This document shows, in pieces, positions 55,913-64,000 of a stretch of DNA of 64,000 nt (its first letter is position 1; each line of letters begins with the position of its first letter). Source of the DNA: Oculina patagonica (lineage: Eukaryota); contig NC_135758.1 in the NCBI RefSeq assembly GCF_052425735.1, positions 62,001-126,000 of the forward strand, written 5' to 3'. The notes beneath the pieces were generated by a model, which ran no database searches, was not told where the DNA came from, and was given only the letters and a program-made list of their open reading frames with translations. Made by a program: the position numbers and the translations under genes.

Positions 55913-58810
55913 ATGGCTTCCAGGGTGATCAGTTCGCTTGTTGTACGGGCCGCCGTTTTGCCTCTTTATCGAAGAGCTGTGGTCAATTTACCTGTAAGTA
56001 GCTTGCAAAATGTGCGTAAATGGAATTTTGATTCTTTTGAGTTAACAAAAACGTGATTTATATTTTATTAATCACAGACAAGGAGTGGAATAACGACATC
56101 AGCCGCAGTGTGTCAGGTAAGTGACTTGCTAAATCGATCTTGTTTGTGTATAAATCTTGTTTTTCGTGTTATCTGCTTTTTATGGCGTGCAGTGTAAATT
56201 GTTCAGTGTATAGCTGCGTCATTTTAAGATTTTTCGGTTTCTTCGTTATAATTTCTGGGTAAATTAAGTTATGATATTTTTCGTACATGCAAGTTTGCAT
56301 GTTTTCCGTCATGCATGGTTGCTCTTATGGATATGACGTGACATGGGGCCTGTTTATATGGAGGAAGGAAGAACCTTGCACTAGGGTCAACTTTTCTTTC
56401 AGCTTACTGCTTACATGCAGAATTGCATTAACAGTTTTGATACCAGAGCAGTTACTAAGGGCCTGATTACATGAGCTGGGCTGGCTCGGTTTGCCGAGAT
56501 CTCAACAAGTCTATTAAACGCAACAAAAATCAACCCTCGCGATTACATGCTAACTGGGCTGAAAATTTTCCATGTAATCGCATTCACCGGGCCAGCCTGG
56601 CTAGACGGGCCAGCATCAAATTTCTCCTCCGAGCACAATATCCGTTGAAAAAATCAATATTCCTCCTTTTAAATAGGATGTAGAGGTAAAGTAACCCATC
56701 CAGCTGTATAAGTGCAAAAAATTAACCCCCAAATTGCCGAAAAAGGTGATCAAGATCATTAGTGCTAAAACCGGTCTGAAAGTCATCTTAGCAAACTGGG
56801 CCGGCCCGGCTAACCGGGCTCATGTAATGCCGGGCTGAACGTCATCTCGGCAAACCAAGCCAGCCCGGCTCATGTAATCAGGTCCTAAGTGATGGAAAGC
56901 AAGAGGGCGGCAGCAACACTTAGCACTGAACATTTAGTTTGGGCACTTCCCTGGGGAAGTATATTATTTTGGGTGGGGGTGTGCCGCTGGGACTCTGGAA
57001 CCCTTACCCTATACCAGACCGAGACCATGTTAAGACCATGCCCCAGGGGCACTTCTCACTTAAGGCTTCTTGGAAATCTCCTATGTTTTTATTTATATTG
57101 ATTTCTTGTTCTGTTTTGAAGGGTGTTCAAGAAAAACTATGGAAGCTTGGGAAATTGAATCATGTTGCAATTGCTGTTCCTGATTTGGGTAAATCACCAA
57201 AGCCAGACTGAGCCTGATTTTTAGTAAACATAGTTTTAAACTTTCAGTAAACAGATTTATGGCTAGAAAAAACATGACTTTTGTGAATTTATTGTTTATT
57301 GTAAGAGGAAGCTATCATATTGATATTGAATTTTAATTTGTGTGATTTTTTTCAGACCAAGCAAGTAAAATGTACAAGAATGTGTTAGGTGCAGATGTGA
57401 GTGACGTATTGGTGAGTCAAGATTTATTTTTGTATCATTGGTCCACAGAGGCATTGTTTGCTGAAGATTTAACAGCTTTTCTTTGTTGCTTTTTTTAGGA
57501 TCTTCCAGAACATGGAGTTTCCACTGTTTTTGTGAACTTGGGGAACAGCAAACTTGAGGTACAATGAGATAATGTATTATCTAATACAGTTTTATACTAT
57601 AGTTGGTGTTACACCACAGGCAACTCTCTGATAGATCTGACAACAAGCCTTGCAATAATTTACAGTATTATAAAAGGTAGACATACAGTACATTCCTAGT
57701 TTAAGTGATATTAAAAGAAAACAGAAAACAGATTTATGTTTCATTGTGTTTCTTCTCAGCTTTTACATCCCTTGGGAGAAAACAGCCCAATAGCTGGATT
57801 TCTAAAGAAAAAGGCAGATGGTGGAATTCATCACATCTGTATTGAGGTCAGACAATTAGTAAACATGGTTTTGTCTTGTGGGTGTTTCTCATTGGTTTTT
57901 GTTGCTGTTGTTGTTTTGTAGCATAACGAGGATGATAAGACAAGTAACAGTAGTCTATTGATGCATCAATAACCAGTTCTAATTGACAGACATTACCATC
58001 ATGTACTAGGCTCTAAAACATTGTACTATTGTTAGAGTCCACAGGGAATTAGACGTTTTTTGATACATGCATGGAGAAAGCTAGAACTAGGGCATTTAAA
58101 AGTACTAATGTTTAATGTACTACCATATCTCAGGTTGACGACATAAAAGCAGCAATGAAAGATTTGAAAGAACATAATGTAAGAGCCTTAAGTCCAGAAC
58201 CCAAGGTAAGGTCAGTTAAAAAACCTGATACGATACTGCATAACCCGCAACATACTTTGACTGTAGAACACAATTTTTTTTTTTTACCAAGCAGTTCAGC
58301 TTAGAATTTCTTTGTGACCACCTCCTTTTCCAATGAACCCAAAGAATTCTTTGGCTATCCCTTGTATTTTGACTCTTAATAGCAAAACAATATTTAAAAG
58401 ATTATTGGAATAATACTGAAACCACTTGGACCTCCCTCCTCCTTAACTCTGTTGTCCCCCAATGCAATTAAATAATTTATACATCTGCTAATAGACACAA
58501 CCCCTAGGTCGACACCTCTCACAAGTGGACACTTGGTCATGGCCCCAACCATGTACAAACACTACCTTTTTAACCTTCCATAAGCAGACACCTCTCTTAA
58601 GTAAGGGATGCCTTCTCAGGTCCCAAACCTGAATGTCTGCATATGACAGGGGCACTGTAATTGCAATGCAACTTTAGTTTGTTTGCCAAGGTTAGTGGTT
58701 ATTGAATATTTTCCTCTCTGTTTTGACAGATCGGTGCTCACGGCAAACCAGTGGTGTTTTTGCACCCTAAAGATTGTGGTGGAGTGTTGGTGGAAATGGA
58801 AGAAGCATAA
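55913..58810 (+). CDS. MCEE: Methylmalonyl-CoA epimerase, mitochondrial, 8 exons, 180 aa
   Basis: Exons 55913-55993, 56078-56116, 57122-57188, 57356-57411, 57499-57558, 57760-57846, 58134-58205, 58730-58810; Arg-rich acid-free presequence, LNHVAIAVPDL, LPEHGVSTVFVNLGNSKLELLHPLG, GGIHHICIEVDDI, KIGAHGKPVVFLHPKDCGGVLVEMEEA. Confidence 0.96.
56459..56885. mobile_element. PIF/Harbinger-like MITE in MCEE intron 2
   Basis: TIR gg(g/a)cctgattacatgagc.gggctggct.ggtttgccgagat with TAA TSD at 56456-58 and 56886-88. Confidence 0.85.
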
Positions 58811-61800
58811 GATGCTGCAAGGAAATCCTAAAACTACAACATTTTATAATAGAACCTGAAAATCTGGATTTTTTTAACAGTAGTTAATGTTCAAAGCTAC
58901 TCCAAAATTTTCTTTTTTAGGATTATTTATAGATTTTGCAGCAAAGACTTATACACAAAACAACATTAAATGGTAGAGTGCAACTTGACTTAAATAGTTT
59001 ATCAGACTCATCCTGGATAAATGATTATTGATGATTATTTTATTGATTTATCAGCACCATTGCATTCTGCACTATCCTTTAAGTCTCTAAGTCTGGTTTC
59101 CCTCAGAGTGATATGCTAGTTTTACATTCATTTCATAGGGCTTAACGATCTGATAAGGTTTGAATTTCCCTGAACAGACTATAAAATTATGTCATAAAAC
59201 TAAGTAACTGATTTGCAAAAAAATGGAAATTTTTAAGAAATGAACAGTATGAACTCTGAAATTATTTTGATCATGCATGAAAACTGTATTAAGTATTCCA
59301 AAACGATAGTTTTAATATAATTTATATATAAAGTTTGAATGCATGTACAACTAAATATGTAAGATCAGTACCATGATTTATCATGGCTTATGACCTCTGC
59401 CAACAAAGCTGGATAGTAAACTAATATTTCAATTGAATCTAGAAATGGCCCTTCGCATAGTATCTCACGTTAAGTTTAGCGTAGGAGTATATCCTGTAAT
59501 TTAATGAAAGATGCTGTTGTTTGCAACTCAAGAAGCAAATCGAGGCCAGTTTTGTTATCAGTGGACTGTCAATAGGATTCCCCTAAATTTTGTAATTTAC
59601 TTTCATTGTGATATTTTCTCAGTTCTGTGTTTATGTTAGTAGCTCTGAGTAGATCAGAGCTTTTGTCGTACATGTAAGGTAAAGTATTAGTATCAATAAA
59701 GTATTGTTATCAGTTAATGAATATTAAACTAATGATCTTGAAGTTATGAGGAGGAGTCGGCACGGCAGCTGGACTTCAAATCTAGAGTCTTCCAACGTTC
59801 TACCATAGTTGGTTCTACTTGCTGGAATTTTTGTTCAGCTATAATGAAGACAACTGGTCAGCCCTCCAGGGTGTTCCTTTGGTGGGAAACAGTTTTATTG
59901 TAAGATGTCATGTGACCTCAAAGTTGCCAGTGAGAACGCGTGCGGCTAGGAAAAAATTCCAACTTTAAAACAAATAGTGTTCACTTAGTGTCCTTGAATA
60001 ACACAGCAGTGCTAAAGACATTTTATTTTTTACCGTATATTATAAAGGTCTCAAAGGCGGATCATTCTATTAGTGGGTGGCTCAGTTAAAGCTACTGATA
60101 CATTTAGTTTGTAAAGGCTCTGCAATCAGACAATGTGCGAGACCTCACTGCATCACGTGTGCGGCGAACGCGCACGCGGTCGACATTTGGAGAATCCTAT
60201 AGGTGTAGGAATAATAGAATTTGATATTCTAAAACAAGGTTGTATGCAACATGCCTAAGTAAGTGTACCCATAACGGATTCCTAAGGGTCTCCGTTGTAG
60301 CCTGATCCAAGCATTCGGTTACTACTGCTTGTGCGGCAGCGCAAAGAATGGTAAGTCAAAAAAAGACTCCTAAACCCCTCGCCATTTCTTCACTAACCGT
60401 TCTTCACGCGAACCCTGTGAAAGGTAATGTTTATACACAAATTACAACGCAGCAAACGTTGGTTAACCAGTTGTCAAAAAAAATTTCACATGTAACATGC
60501 CATTTTTGCAAGCTGCAATGCAACAAATGTTGCCGATTGCGAGTTGCAAGGAAAGTAGTATCTTCTACTTTTCGCATTTTTTTTTAAATGCACCAGCCAG
60601 TCAGAGTGCAGCGCTGCCTTGACTCGAAGATTTCAAGATGCTGATCTACACCTAGGTCTAGCCTCCTACGCAACAATGGAGAGCAAAAAACAGTGCAAGT
60701 TGCAGAGAGGGTGTCACACGCTCGAATTGTTTTCTCGCACGCGAACGCTGTGGGCGGGCGACGAGCCCGAAGAGCGTCTGCTATAACGTGAATTTTTTTG
60801 GCTACTGGTAATGCAAAATTCGTTGCGTTGCAAGCTGCAAGAAAAATTACAGCGGGCCTTCTCCTTATTTTTGGTAAAATACTTTTTTCCAATGACTCCA
60901 CCCGCTAATAAAGTTTTGGGGGTACACACAATAATCGATCCCCCACCCCCCTCCTCTATAGCAAGGTTTGTATCCGACAAGCACGAGGGTCAGCGCGAGA
61001 TTTCATGCAACTGGGCCAAGTCAAGGTCAAAACCGATAAGCCTTGGCTTTGTTTGGTTAGTGTTCAGAAAGAAAGGAACATTATTTTATTATTTGACAAG
61101 AATGCCAAGCTTTTGTGCCTGTTGTTTGAAGTCTTGAACAAATGTTTTAACTTTAATATCCTCGGATGACAGCCGGTATTCTTTAACTACGCACACAGAT
61201 ACCGGTAACTTTAAAAAGGGCTAGTCTATTTCTATTTTAAACAATTGTTTCAGCCTTCAAGAAACATATGTTTTAAGAAACATAATTAATTCGTCTTCTA
61301 ATAATAATCACATTAATATTAGCCTTTTTGTCATGCCAAGCGCCAGAAACCTTCTTCAGTAGTACTTGAACTTTGATCATAATGCGATGTACTTACCCAC
61401 AGCTTTTGACTACATTAGAAGAAGAGGGGAAAAAAAGCGATCATGTAATCTGTAATATATTTTGGCAACAAACAATGATCGCTGCAAAACAACAATATAA
61501 ACACATCAGTATTTGTGTGCCGTTTCCCGTAGCAACAAATATAGTGACGCGACTTCCGGTGATCGAAATGATTTTCACGGCTTGGCGGTAATTTTGGCAA
61601 GAATAATTTGCTGGCCGGTTCGCCGCTATTTTCTACGGACCACGAGCAGTCTTATTGTTGTAAGCTGTAAATTCAATTTGACTAAATCACAAAGGTTAGT
61701 CAAGCTTAATATAGGTTTTTCATAGCGTGTTCTAAGTGAAATTACTTGATGTTGTCAGCGCCATATTTGAACTGGTGTCGATCCCTTGGATCATTTGCTT

Positions 61801-62260
61801 TGTTTATTCGTTGAACGCAGCTGGTATTTTGTGAACTGAAATCTACTTTTCTGATCAAGATTTTGCTGTTTTTTTTTTCAGCAAACAAAGAAGACGTTGC
61901 AAGAGAAATATGTACCTTTTATCTGTTGTTTGGTGAATATTAATGCTGTTTTAAGCCGATAATTGTGAAACTTTCTGTATTAAGTCTTATATCATGGATC
62001 GAACATGATATGCAAACTCAGTGGATGGAAAATTTCTCTCCGGACAATATTAATCTGGCACTTGAAGTGAATGGAGAGACAATTTACTTCTCTCGGACCA
62101 CGTAATGAAACGGAAAGGTTATTATATCGATCAAGATAGCATCTACAGTTGACAAAAGCTGTTCTGTAAAGCAAACCGGTTAAAAAACTAATTGAAGCAC
62201 GCATTTCACGAAGCACGGAAGCAAGCCGGGACGCAAGGGAAGACTTTGCAAGAGTTCTCG

Positions 62261-63835
62261 ATGTGTGGAGCGTTTCGAGGACACAATCAAAACAGGATTG
62301 CCCCCATCACAGATCTAACATCTGAAAGAATTGAAATCCGTAAAGGCCGTTGGTTGAGAGTTGTACACTACAAGCCTCGCTTGTCACGATCTGATAGTGG
62401 ATTTAGCCGCGAAGATATTCAGTCGAATCGTTCTGTACATTCTGCGACTTCTGCGGTTTCTAGAACAAGTGATCCAGATTATAAGAGGATTATTGTCATA
62501 TTTTTCATTCACGGAGTTGGTGGAAGCGCTGATCTTTGGTACGAACAACTACAGTACTTTTGCAAAGCAGGATACGAAGTAGTCGCGCCTGATCTGCTGG
62601 GACATGGGCAAAGTTCGGCCCCAAATAATCCTGCAGATTATGAATTTTCGGAACTAACGTACGATTTGATTTATTTATTTGATCGCTATCATAAGAAGAG
62701 GAACGTGCTGGTTGGACATTCATATGGGTACGTCTGGTCATTTTCTCCGTCTTGTAGTACATGTATTATGGTGTCCTGTATGGTGTATGTATATGTAACA
62801 TTCCTTTTCCCCTGTAAAGACATGGACCCCCGGCAACGGTAAGGGTGGGGGGAGGAGGGAGGTTGGATCCCCCGGCTATTTATATATATTTCAGAGATAA
62901 GGGAGATACCCCTGGATTCGTCACTGGTTCCCTGATATCATATGTAAGTGTCCTCGAAAACTGCTTGCCTGTATTCATTAATAAGCTTTCTCAACTGATA
63001 TTGTGCAGATCCTGGAAATATCCATACCCACCCTGAGGAAGGTCATTGGAAATTCCGAAGGAGGAGCGGGGGGTAGGGAGGGGGGTGGAGTGAATCCTGC
63101 TTTCCACCCTCTCCTTACCCCCTCCCCCAACTGTCAGAGCAAACTGACAAAATGCCAGGAGCAGGAGTTATCACCAACACTGAAAGGCCATTTCAGGCTT
63201 AGAACAGATCAACTTTATTTTACTTGTTATCTGTTTACAGGGCATCATTTTGTGCAGTAATTGCATGTGAGCGTGCACGACTGGTGTCCAAGATGGTTCT
63301 TATAGCTGGTGGAGGTCCTGTGCCCCTTGTGGGTGTTACATCTTGTGACATGTTTTGTTTACCAACACCTTTGCTGTCATGTATCAAGCCTGTGTTTCTG
63401 TCTGTTTATGAAAGGTCAGCTCTCAATTGCTGTATGTTTTACTTATTATGCCATGTCCAAATAATTGTGCTGGAAAAAAGCTAATATATCACTTGCCATA
63501 AAATTCTAACTGCCAGTGAGCAGTTAGAATAATTGTTTTGTTATATTTGGTCTAAAAAGGGTTACAAAAATAACTAACTAGGTAAATTTGACTGTTTTAA
63601 GTGTTGCAATGGAAACTAACTTGGACATTTTAAGGGTTGTATTTTGTTAATAACATAAGATAGTGATCGATACAAGTTTTTCTAAAAGTGCCTCTGTAAG
63701 CTTACCATGCTAATGTGCTGAAATGCTGTTTTCTACAGGAGAGCGTATAACAGTCAGAAGGCAAGATCAATGAAGAAGAAGGTCAAAGCTTTTAGTGCTC
63801 CACCATTTGTATTGAAAGCTGTAATGGCTGGCCAG
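62261..63835 (+). CDS. ABHD8: Alpha/beta hydrolase domain protein 8-like, 3'-partial
   Basis: Exons 62261-62727, 63241-63414, 63739-63835; [48 protein letters not shown] (nucleophile elbow), [22 protein letters not shown]; the gene continues past the window. Confidence 0.9.
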
Positions 63836-64000
63836 GTTGGTGCAAGCCTGCAAATAATTTTTGTCTACAGGCAGGTCATTTGTCAGGCCAGGACAAGTTT
63901 GACCGGACAAGAAGCCAGCGGCGGACATAAATAATTGATACTGTTAGAGATTAAATATTAGAGAGAGTAATCTATTGATGTACATTCAATTTGTAGTCTG

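Overview
Eukaryotic, intron-rich, AT-rich DNA whose genes and repeat families look anthozoan, probably a stony coral (inferred from sequence style, not proven). I assembled by hand ten recognisable genes plus one orphan ORF, with consistent splice phases: HMGCR (+, 5'-partial), TUBGCP4 (-), RPS6 (+, head-to-head with TUBGCP4), DET1 (-), KRTCAP2 (+, absent from the ORF track, head-to-head with DET1, with a U12-type intron), CATSPER2 (-), a single-exon orphan coiled-coil ORF (-), an unusually acidic polyadenylated linker histone H1 (+), a MARCH2/3-like RING-CH ligase (+), MCEE (+) and ABHD8 (+, 3'-partial). Introns and intergenic DNA hold tRNA-derived SINEs, many MITEs (pogo/Tc1-, Harbinger-, Ginger1- and Academ-like), a Penelope GIY-YIG remnant with a minimal hammerhead ribozyme, and a decayed RecQ-like helicase in an Academ-type element. 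The most intriguing observation is that HMG-CoA reductase ends in a CaaL prenylation box (CAVL-stop), hinting at feedback by its own isoprenoid product. Also notable are the acidic H1 with Pumilio/CPE-like 3'UTR elements, the orphan ORF, and a gene set whose vertebrate orthologues appear to share one ancestral linkage group. A few homopolymer-rich stretches look like unpolished assembly.
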